From: Eutreptiella sp. 'Long Island Sound 2002'
Taxonomy: Eukaryota > Protista > Euglenida
NCBI GenBank assembly: GCA_964036045.1
Contig: OZ038379.1
Span: 22,258,001 to 22,322,000, forward strand
Length of the DNA stretch: 64,000 bases
Reading direction: 5' to 3'
Numbering within the stretch: the first letter of the stretch is position 1; each line of letters begins with the position of its first letter. Positions 11,101-21,046 of the stretch are shown here, one piece after another. Below the pieces are notes generated by a model. It was not told the origin of the DNA and did not search any database. It saw only the letters and a list, made by a program, of their open reading frames with translations. The position numbers and the translations under genes are program-made.

Positions 11101-14100
11101 TAGGGCCGCTCCCCCTGCCAGGGCCGAGTGCGGGTAACCTCCGAAGCGCTTGGATAGGGCCGCCCACCCATTGGCGGGGCTGGGTCCGAACCCCCGGGGC
11201 CTGCCTTTGAGGCTTGCGCATGCCTTGTTTGCAGGCGGCGGTGGCTGTGCGTGGGTGAAGTACCCGTGTGGTGGGTCTGGCCCCCACCATGGGCGTTGGG
11301 TGTTGGGCTGGTGCTGGTGCTTGCAGGGGTGGTGTGGCTGTCCGCCGCTGTTGTTGTGGTACACTACTTTGCTCTGTTCTGCGTGCTGTCATGTGCTGGC
11401 AAGTTTCGCTGTGTGCCTGTGCCGGCTCTGGCGTGTTGCGCTGCCTCCATGAGGCGTGGCGGCCGCGGCTACCCGGGCAGGGCCACTCTTCCCATTGGGG
11501 CCGAGTGCGGGTAACCTCCAAAGTGCTTGGATAGGGCCGCCCACCCATTGGCGGGGTCGAATCTGAGCCTCCGGGGCCTACCTACGAGATTCGTGCGCTG
11601 ATCTCCTTTGTGCGCCTCTGTCAGCTCTGTGTGCTTGGGCGTGGTGCTGCCCTGTGCTGTTCTAATTTGTGTTGCGCTGCACTGTGCTGCATTTTGTCGG
11701 ATCTGCGTGCCCCCCCCACCTTCCCATCAAGCCACTTGAATGTTGTTTGTGTGCCACCGTCAAGGCATGGCATCAGCGCACCATTCTCCCAGTCACAGAT
11801 GAGAAAAAGGACATGAAACTCAACATATTTGGGCATCGCTACATCCTCTGTGACCGTGTTTGGGGCCACAAACAGCCCTTTGAGTGGCATCAAAATCCCC
11901 CAAAATATCCACTTTCTGGAGACTTTGCCGTTGTAAACGCCCCCAGATTTTTTTTGTAAAGAGGGACGTTTCGAGCCCAACCCCCTAAAATCCCTCCTCG
12001 GTGCAGACGAATTTGGAGCAAATTTGTGCAAAGAAATAGAGCAAATGAGAATACACGACAAACCTCCAAATCGAAGCAAGCTTTATGAGTGCACTGCGTC
12101 CCCTGTGAAAAAGCAACATTTCCACGAGACAGTATACAATCCACAACACTCATGTTCCACACAAACCCAGACACTCCCAGCGACAGCACTGGACACGAGA
12201 CAACGCAAGCAGGACAGGGCACTCAAAAAAAGTGGGGTATAGCAAATCAGCCAGACCATTTAGTGCCAAATACAATGCCTTTCCTCCAATAACCTCCAAT
12301 ATGTTGCACTGCACTGCATTACATGACAACATTCAGCCTCCGCCATGGGCTCCCGGGACCATTGTTGTGTTCGCGTGAACCCCTACCCCCGTTAATGCGC
12401 CACTGGTACAATGCAATGCATGCCAAAGTACAGACGCACCGCAGAAATACGTCCTCTGTCCCCGATTGACATACCTTGGCAGGAATGTTGATGGAAGCAA
12501 GGGTAATGGGACACTTGAGAGAAATCTCCTCATCCCCCATCTCAACATCATCATCCTGCACGAATGTGGTGTGCAAGTGCAAGAAGAGCATGCGCATCCA
12601 CACGCGCTTGTCATGATAGGGGGGCAGCCTATTCAGGAGGTGTATGGCTTGGTGATCCCGGATGCCCCCGTATGTACTCCATCCAGGCTGTCCAGGCACT
12701 GCACTGTGTTGCACGGGTGCGACCACAACGCAGCAGTTCCTCGAAACTTCCGCCTTCTGGTGTCATCCCCTGACGGCCAGCCTATGGTCCACTGTACATT
12801 CCCGCCATCAGCACCATGAATCCAACAAGCGAAAAAAATCAAAAGAAGTCCATGGCATATGCACTTTTCTGCATTGTGAAGCAACGACGGCAACGGGACA
12901 GAATACCCAGCAAAATACCTCCTGCTGCGATGCGATGCACTTTTGTGGCACACAACTTCGGCTGCAGATCTCTTCTTTCAGCTGATTGCAAAAAGAACAC
13001 GCTGTGGTTCACCGGAAACAGCAATTCGTTCCAATATCTACTGTGACTGTAGTTGTGCCGGAGGCACTTGGAAACATTGACGCAGAGTGCTCTACGGTTG
13101 TCCTCTGGCATCACATCAAAGCACCTCTGCAACAGCAACACACAGCCAAAAGCACAGGTGCGGCCACGAGCACATCCACACCAGACTCCCACACACACAA
13201 CAACCACCACGACCGCACCAGCCGCCAGCCACGCAACCACCACAACCGCAGCGTGATCGACACACACCTCTTTGACCTTTCTTTGCCCCACGACGCAGAC
13301 GGTCAAAAGGCCTTGCCAGATCATTTGCTTATTCGGGAACTCCACCTGGATTTCTGCTCGACGGTCAGCACGGCTGAGGTAAGTGGTGATGTCCAGCGGC
13401 AACACCGTTGTGAACGGGTGCACGCGTGGATTCTTATTGCGCCAGGTCTGCACAAGTCGAACAAGCGGATGCCATGCCTACACTGCCCTTGCTCACACGT
13501 CCATCAGCAAAACAGCAAATCTACGTCCGGGCGGGTGTGAGCGTAGAGCCTCTGATGTCGGGTATGCCGGCGACTAGGACGCACGACTTGTAGAAAGCGC
13601 CCAAATATACACACGATGCACACCTTCGGTAGAACCTCAATCCACTGTTTATTCACAAACAGCCGCATATCCCGTTCCAACCACCCCTCAGGCTCCAAAT
13701 TCATCTTCAGTGGCACCACATGCACGCGGCTCGTCCTGCAACCAAAACAAACGTATCTAAATAAAACGCAAAACGCGAAATGAAATCTAAATGAAATGCA
13801 GGGGCACTGGATGAATTGGCAGCAATTGAACGAGTCCTTCTGTGTGCAACAGGTAGCACCCATGTACGTCCGAAATGACACACCTTTGCACCACAGCCTC
13901 GTGGTCCTCAGGGTCTAGCTCAAAGGTGACTGAAATATCGTTGTGCACGTACACAATGTCGACCAGCTTGGAAATGGGGTTCAGGGGGTTCTGCAACGGA
14001 AGGGAAAAGAGAGGGGGGAAACAAGAACCAACATGTATGCGCATATCTATGCTGCAGCAAATCCAAGTGGAAAACCTTAAAAGGACGCCGGGAAGACGGG

Positions 14101-15773
14101 AAACAAAAAAAAAACAGGCAAACTAGTGAAAAGGGATTCTTGCAGGCTCGAGCCAAACGTTTGCAGTAGAACTGCCTTGCCGTGGCGTGACGAGGCCTGT
14201 GCGTTGCTTGTTTTGTGCTTGCGGGCTGTGCTATCAGTGTCGCCGGATTCGACTTGCGCAGTACTGGCTGGTGTGTGGCGCGCGTACCCTAGTGTTGCGT
14301 TGAGCACCGTTGTGCCACACTGTTGAAACCTCGAGCGCACACGGTCAGACCACCCAGATTGAGGAACATTTCACCGAAGCACACCTGGTGACCTTTCAGT
14401 GTAAAATCGGCACAGATTTGGGCAAAAGCCGTAGATTCTTCTTCTCCTAAGCACCTGAAGGTACGGCCAAAAAAAAACAGTTGCAAAGAATCTTGCAGAG
14501 GACAAGCGTCCTTTCACGGACTTCAATTGGTGTCGTTTGATGAGGAGGAAAAACCTGCCAGATCTGACAACCTTTCTTTCGACGTTTTGTTTCACGAAAA
14601 ACCGTTGGGGATATGGGGCCGACGCCACATTCGCGATTGGCGGTCTCTGGATCTTCAGTGCGACCTTGTTGTGCTGTAGCGTCTCTCGGGGTTGTTGATG
14701 ACGAAAAACACCTGGAAACGAAAAACCACAGTCATATACAGCCCATCCATCCGTGGAAATGATATGCAAAAGAATCTCTCGTTCAACTTACACGTGCTGG
14801 CCCCATGCGCATCCCAAAGACGGTCTTTGGAGGGTTCGGTTACCCCAAAGCATAATGCCAGACGACCCTCCACAAACACAAGACGATCAAACAACGATAT
14901 TAGGGAGCTCACGAGGGGCACAGGAACTGAGAGCGGAAAATGAGCCTTCCATGTCATCGCTGCCTTGTCGAAATGCCGAGGGAGGGGCATGAGGGCACAA
15001 ATTTGACAAAACTGATGAAAAATCGTTGGACTGATTTGACTGCTCTAAGTCGTTGTCCGGAAGAACTGCCGACGACTTCATGGTCAGTGAGTCGTCAGTG
15101 AGTGTGCATTCCTTTCTGTTTCACGGCGTTTCTTCAATTTCCATACCGAATCTCAAACAGTTCCACTCGCCGTGGAGCACAAACTTGACCCAGAACCGGG
15201 TCCACAAAGACATTCCCGGACCACACACAGGGAAAGCCGCGGTTTGGGAAGTCTGGTTTTTGAGGTGAAATTAAGTCAAAGATAGACCAGGAGGCAAAAC
15301 TGCAACCTCTCTCGCTTGCACGGTACCGAAATGAGCCTCTCTTGGATTCGGCACCTGGGGAAGCACTTGTTGTGAGGGCCCCCCTTTTCCGAACTTCAGG
15401 TGTGCTGAGGCCTGCATTTTTAACCAGGGTTGGTCGGAAGACAGGTTGGGAGGCAAAACGGGAGAATAACCTTGGATGCGGTCCACAAGATCTCCTTTGT
15501 TGCCGCTCACACCCAGGCTTGGATAGCTGTCGCGGAGGCATTTTCTGCACAGTTACAAGGATATCTATTGAGGTCAACGCTTGCATGCATGCCTTTGCAA
15601 GTTGCATGAAGTGCGAAGTTGCTGGAGCGCAGCACATTTGGAATTCAGCGTGCGACAGGAAATTAAACCTGCAGCCCACACAAGTGAGTTGGGGCATACA
15701 TAATCTCCTTGAGTTGCGGTATTTTCAGGCTCCATATGTCACCAGCTTCCACTCTCTTGCGAAATTCTGGCAT
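5194..15773 (-). CDS. SIZ1: SUMO E3 ligase, SIZ1/PIAS family (SAP + PINIT-like + SP-RING/zf-MIZ + SIMs), ~580 aa
   Basis: Phase-consistent GT-AG model, complement(join(5194..5293,6020..6471,7262..7495,8004..8075,12064..12102,12475..12555,12919..12981,13268..13447,13624..13735,13884..13990,14385..14454,15327..15411,15471..15544,15700..15773)), 1743 nt. SAP: WSLKIPQLKEIIKCLRDSYPSLGVSGNKGDLVDRIQ. PINIT-like: LPLDITTYL. SP-RING: ISLKCPITLASINIPAKGTQCTHKACFDLEMYLTMCNQQKVWNCPIC. SIM-like: VCVDILSDDEDEDD and C-terminal IIVIDDDD. The start ATG at 15773 lies 18 nt after an AG acceptor. Confidence 0.92.
6541..6560 (+). repeat. (GACT)5 microsatellite in a SIZ1 intron
   Basis: gactgactgactgactgact. Confidence 0.9.
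9047..11600. mobile_element. Non-coding interspersed repeat in the 4-kb SIZ1 intron, with an internal ~0.4-kb tandem duplication
   Basis: The unit at 10781-11221 is repeated at 11222-~11580 (gccttgtttg...gggccgcccacccattggcgggg). Segment 9297-9484 recurs inverted at 61315-61502. The many GC-rich ORFs here lack recognisable domains. Confidence 0.7.
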
Positions 15774-16306
15774 GGTCTGAGGTGGCTTCACCTGTGGGGC
15801 GCAGAGTCACATCCGCAGTGTGCGACATCGGATGTGACAATCGGAGCATCAATTCGACAATTGGATGTGAACCTTCTGATACATGCTTGTCCATGTTTCT
15901 TCTGAAATACGTGCCATTGCCATTGCCATTCACCATTACTCCATAAGTACCTCACAGCGGTCGGAAATGGCGATTTAAGTCTATCGCCCCGCCTTCGCGA
16001 TTTCGGCCCAGACGCCTCTTTCGACCCCTCAAAGCACAAATTTGAGGGACATGGCTCCAGAATCAAGCGGTTTTGAAAAGAGAAGCACCGAATTGATACA
16101 TTTGAGTATAGTAAATAGTAGGATCTAACGGATTTGACGACATGGCTGGAAAGTGGACATTGATGAAACATACTCCTTTGCCGGTGCCTTTGGTCGTAGT
16201 TGCTTGATATGGATTCCCTAATTCAGCCGAATAGTCACCGGTCAAAAATCAATTGCATGTAGTGTGCACATTCCACAATGCAAGCCGAATGCACCACATT
16301 TCAGGT

Positions 16307-18979
16307 ATGTCTTTTTTGGCTGCTGTCGCGTTCACACAGGCCACCTTCCTGTCGGCAGCGTGTGCCGTTAATGGAGAGCTGGTCCAGCGGAATCAGGCGT
16401 TGGTGAGGCACATCACAGACCAGCAGGCCCGGTTGGAGGATGCAGTGACAGGACGTTTGGAGCGGATCCTCACGGCCAAGCTGCCCACCTACCTTCGCAA
16501 GATCAGCGGTCGTCCTCCTGCCAGGTACGCCGCTACGAGGACCTTCTGTACCAGAGAGGAGTTCGACGTGTTGCAGACAGGTCCCTGTGTTCATAGCGCC
16601 ACACACCACTGAAAAACCAAAGCTGTCCTGCATTTTTCTTGATGAGTGTTCATTCTGCGAGACCTTAACACCGCTGATGGGAGAATGCCGCTCGCTGCCT
16701 TCTTTCGCGCACGCCGGTCGTTTCTTAATCTACGCGCGTCGTCCTCGAACCTGTTACGCCCACGATCAGGCTTCCAGCGCCACACACCACTGAAAAAACA
16801 ATGCTGTGCTGCATTTTTCTTGATGAGTGTTCATTCTGCGAGACCGTACCACATCTGATGAGAGAATGCCGCTTGCTGCCTTCTTTCGCGTACGCCGGTC
16901 GTTTCTTAATCTACGCGCGTCGTCCTCGAACCTGTTATGCCCACGATCAGGCTTCCAGCGCCACACACCACTGAAAAAACAATGCTGTGCTGCATTTTTC
17001 TTGATGAGTGTTCATTCTGCGAGACCGTACCACATCTGATGAGAGAATGCCGCTTGCTGCCTTCTTTCGCGTACGCCGGTCGTTTCTTAATCTACGCGCG
17101 TCGTCCTCGAACTTGTTGCGCCCACGATCAGGCTTCCAGGTGACCCACAGAGGTCCAAATTACAAATTCTTCGTGAGCCACAGCAGCCCTGGTCCAGTGA
17201 ACCGTACAGTGACGCGACTCCTGCAGTGCTCGAAACGGAACAAGGGTGGTAACGTTCGCACAGTCCAGCGACTCCAATTCCTGTGGAACAGCCGGCGCAA
17301 GACCCTCACCATCCGCATTTGGGGATTTTGGCGTAATCAGTACGGCCGCGACCTGAACCTCTTCGCTGTGGGCCGAAAGCCGTGCGCCAACCGCCGCCCT
17401 CTTGCACCTCGCACCCAAGAATGGTAAAACGCGAATCTGGTGACTGTTGCTTCTGTGGACGTGGTCCTCTCCAACTCGCCCGCCATGCCGATGCGCAACA
17501 CAAGCTCCAGGACGCCATGAAGTTCTTCAAGATCAACATCCCTCCGCCGTATCTGCTCTGCCGAGCCTGTGGTGAAAACCTGGAGATGTTCCGCGCCAGC
17601 TTCCAGCACCTGCTGCGAGCGCGCGGATGGACTGCGCCGCATCCGGGTAATGTGCAATTGAATTCCCTGTCACTTCATTTCAAAGGTCTTGACACAGAAC
17701 AGCCAGTCATCACATGTACAGGCCATGCGAAATCACATGTCCCATCAATGTCACGCTATGAGTCACAACCACCATGCTCCCAGACTGAAAGTGGTTCGCA
17801 GAGTCAAGGTTCACAGAGTCAAGGTGCACAGAGGCAACAGCTGCAACCTCTGCAAGACATCACCAATACACATCAAACCAAAAAGTGTGGTCCGGGTATC
17901 AAACCTGGTCCCTCTCACCCTAAGGAAGCCATGGCAGAGTGGGAGAAGGACCTGTTGTCCAAGGCATGTGGTACCACAGGTGATGTGCTCCTGTGGCCTG
18001 CCATAAGGGCCAACAAATTCACAGAGCAGCAGCGCACAGACCTCATTGCCTTTCTCAGTGATTTCTTTGCCCGCAGGCATTGGAAGCCCCTCTTGGAGTC
18101 CGTGTGTGAGACAGTGGGAACAGGCAGCTTTGCACAGGCTAGAGCTGAGATAGAGGAACAATTTGTTACAAATGCATGGCGAAGCCGGACTCCTGCTGCT
18201 GCATGCACCCCCTGCTTATTCCTGAGTGCTTCGTTTTCCCATTCCACCCCCTGAACATCCACACCGATTTCCCTTTACACTTTGGCACAAATCTCACCAT
18301 CCGTTTGATTCGCGTTGCTGAGGGAGAGGCCTGCACTGCTGGTGGACAGACGGAGGACGATTTCTATGACGCTTTCAGGAAGCCTGTGCTGTACAGTATT
18401 GGAGTGCGCCAGGATGAAGTAACCACGTTGCACGTACTGGGGAGGCACGTGGAGGCTGTGCGAGATGTCCTGCCAGCGCTGCTCAGTGATCCTGCGTACA
18501 GTACTGCACTCAGGAAGGCAGTACAGGCATTTTGTATACTGACACCCCTGCTGAGTAAATTCTTTCTGAAGGAATGGGAACTGGAGGAGCTGATAGCAGC
18601 AGGGAGAGAATTTGCACATAATTTTCGCAAACTGCACCCCACGCCAGAGAAAATGTTTCCATACTGGCATCAAATCGACGCTGAGTTAGAAAGATCTGCC
18701 AGGTATCTGTTCACATTCTGCGGTGGTGTAGGCCCAGGGGCAGTCGGATGCCAGGGCGTTGAATCACTGGGACACATCCTGAAAGTCTTAGCGCATCACT
18801 CTGGATACGACCCTGAGAAGTTCCTGTTGAAACTGGCTGAACAGCACGAATTCAAGTTTGCAGAGCATCATGGCGTTCTGGAGCTCCTCAGTAGCTCCGA
18901 TGCGTGTGAAGAAGATGTTGGTGAGGAAACTGAGGGGTCGCAATCCAAAAAGGGAACCAGGAAACGAGCCCATTCGTAG
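16307..18979 (+). pseudogene. Putative RAG1/Transib-like transposase, ~715 aa, with one frameshift near 18149
   Basis: Model join(16307..16580,17024..17339,17420..~18149, -1 shift, 18149..18979). An optional in-frame 39-nt intron lies at 17647-17685. Terminal region: LRKAVQAFCILTPLLSK...FAHNFRKLHPTPEKMFPYWHQI...GPGAVGCQGVESLGHILK. The first two catalytic Asp residues were not identified. Confidence 0.45.
16595..17137 (+). repeat. Three tandem copies of a 181-bp unit (intron tail plus exon piece)
   Basis: Units start at 16595, 16776 and 16957 (agcgccacacaccactgaaaaa...cacgatcaggcttcc). Copies 2 and 3 are nearly identical; copy 1 is slightly diverged. Confidence 0.95.
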
Positions 18980-18982
18980 CAC

Positions 18983-19150
18983 CAAATAGAGTTTGTGACC
19001 TGTGTGCAGTGGCTGTGGCACTGCAATAGATTTCTGACCCAGTAGAAATGTGACCCTGTCTGTGCAAGATGATAGAGAGACGTGCCTGTTTGTACCTCCT
19101 TCGCTTCTGCAATAGAGTTCTGACCAATAGAGTTGTGACCAATAGAGTCT
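18983..19150 (+). repeat. Cluster of about five copies of the motif caatagag/t-(tt)(c/g)tgacc
   Basis: aatagagtttgtgacc, caatagatttctgacc, caatagagttctgacc, caatagagttgtgacc and caatagagtctga lie just downstream of the 18979 stop. Confidence 0.75.
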
Positions 19151-20444
19151 GAAGTCTGACCCTCCCAGCTCGACAGTTGTGCCTGCCCACGTCATCCCAG
19201 CATGGTATTTATGTGACCAGCTCCCAAAAGCTGGCTAGCCATCTGCTGAGCATTGCCAGCAATTCTCAGCAACTGGGAACAGCCACAGCATGTGTGTTGT
19301 GTACACGTTGCTCCAATGTTGCGGTCTGTGGGTAGTGATCAGCGAGGCAGGGAAGTATTAATGCCACAACCCCCCCCCCCCCCCAGGGCCTCTGTCCCAA
19401 CCTCCTCACGTCCAAGGAAAGATCCAACCAGCATCTTTTTCGTGGCATCCATCAGCGTGAGAGTAAAAAAATAAAAAGGGTCGCGTATTCACGGTCAATT
19501 TGGGGATCAAAAATAGTAGGGACCCAGAGAAGACCACCTTTCGACAGTATGTACCCAGGGGCCACCAGAACGGAACAGCAACCACCCAGAAACCAACAGG
19601 ACTGCAGACCACCCATCCGAAGACCACCAGGACACAACAGCACACGTCCCAAGCCCACACCACCTGCAACAAAATACACAGCGTCCAAAATTTTGGCAAT
19701 GCAAGAGGATTTGATGGAGCAGCCGTAAACGAGCCCCCCCCCCCCCCCCTCTGAAACCCCCCATGTATCCCCCCCCGCCCCCGGGGCATGTCCGAAACGT
19801 CCCAGGAGGTGCATAGACCGGCCTGGTGGCCACCCGAACCCAAAATTGAACCCACACACCGTCTATTCCTTTAATTGCAATGGATTTTGCAAACAAATAG
19901 CGCACTTGCGGACCAGGAATGTCATCCGGGGGGTAGTAGAAGACCGATAGAACCGCGGTGAAAGGGGGCACAGGGGGGACTGGACCTGGGTGACCCGACA
20001 GGGTGCTGGCCCGGGTAGTACAGGCCAGGTGGGTCGCCCGTAGGTGTGGACCCCATCTCCCGAAGGTGCAAGGTGACCCGCCAGCAAAAAATTTCGGCCC
20101 ACGGTGCCGGTGGTGATTTTTGGCAATTTGTGTCCACTTTCGGCTAGTTAAAAAAAGGTTTCCAACCGTTGTGCTGCACTCAGTTGTTGCGTTTCAGCGG
20201 ACAGAGGGAGCCGGGACTACAACCGCAGGAACTCCATAACTGATTTTACAACTACATGTTTTGCTGAACGTGCCAGTGTAACGGGTGCAATGCGAAGGTG
20301 TCGCAGAGTATCACAGCCCTGTGCTTATACCGCATCTATCTTTCGCCTTTTACTAAAGATAGCCGTTGGCTACAGGGCACGATGTGTATACATCAATTTT
20401 TGATACTCTTATTTTCCCTCTTGCACATCCTCCAACTGGCCAGA

Positions 20445-20625
20445 CGACGTGAACATCTGGATCTGAGATGACATGGATACCTGGGTCGGAGAAGGACATC
20501 TGCGTATGGACATCTGGGTCTGACCAGGATATCTGCGTTTGTTGACGACAAGGACATCTGGGCATCTATGTTTATTGACGACAAGGACATCTACGTTTGT
20601 TGACGACAAGGACATCTGGGTTTGT
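20445..20625 (+). repeat. Degenerate minisatellite (ggacatctg / ttgacgacaaggacatct units)
   Basis: Repeated gacatct cores and three ttgacgacaaggacatct copies. Confidence 0.8.
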
Positions 20626-20663
20626 GTCCTTGTCCAAGGCACACACACACGAATCGAAGCAGT

Positions 20664-20974
20664 CGGAAAGCAACGTCTACGTCTGAGACACGGATACGGG
20701 CTTGGGTTTGGGCTTGAATAGCAACGGACGCCTTGAGACACGGATACGGGCTTGGGTTTGGGTTTGAATAGCAACGGACGCCTCGGAAAAGCAACGTCTA
20801 CGTCTGAGACGCGGATACGGGCTTGGGTTTGGGTTTGAATAGCAACGGACGCCTTGAGACACGGATACGGGCTTGGGTTTGGGTTTGAATAGCCACGGAC
20901 GCCTCGGAAAAGCAACGTCTACGTCTCAGACACGGATACGGGCTTGGGTTGGGGTTTGAATAGCAACGGACGCC
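20664..20974 (+). repeat. Higher-order tandem repeat with alternating 50-bp and 71-bp units containing GGGTTT telomere-variant tracts
   Basis: Unit starts at 20685, 20735, 20806, 20856 and 20927 (spacings 50, 71, 50, 71). Core: cacggatacgggcttgggtttgggtttgaatagcaacggacgcc. Confidence 0.92.
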
Positions 20975-21046
20975 TACTCACAATGTGAAAGCAATGGATG
21001 GTGGATTTCTTCATGGGATGCTTGCCTCCTCATCAAGCAAGGGATC

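Larger units (their letters stand above)
16240..19160 (+). mobile_element. Degenerate DNA transposon-like element encoding a RAG1/Transib-like protein
   Basis: Spliceable ORF segments span 16307-18979. The C-terminal half has CxxC (ICYKC), DFPLH, a helical insertion region, YWHQ and QGVES in the same order as RAG1/Transib motifs. An inverted 18-bp motif (16240-16257 vs 19022-19039) brackets the coding region. True termini and TSD were not found. Confidence 0.5.

Noticed and set aside
14665-14711. Extra SIZ1 exon (VFFVINNPERRYSTT)
   Set aside because: It has AG/GT borders but needs a phase-0 upstream donor. The 15327 donor (phase 2) joins 14454 directly, so it is not needed. An alternative isoform is not excluded.
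16274-16280. CACAATG as a Transib/RSS-like terminal heptamer
   Set aside because: No nonamer at 12/23 spacing and no matching CATTGTG/CACTGTG at the right end of the element.
16595-17137. Tandem repeats here and at 20664-20974 as CRISPR arrays
   Set aside because: The units are contiguous repeats with no unique spacers, there are no cas genes, and the context is eukaryotic.
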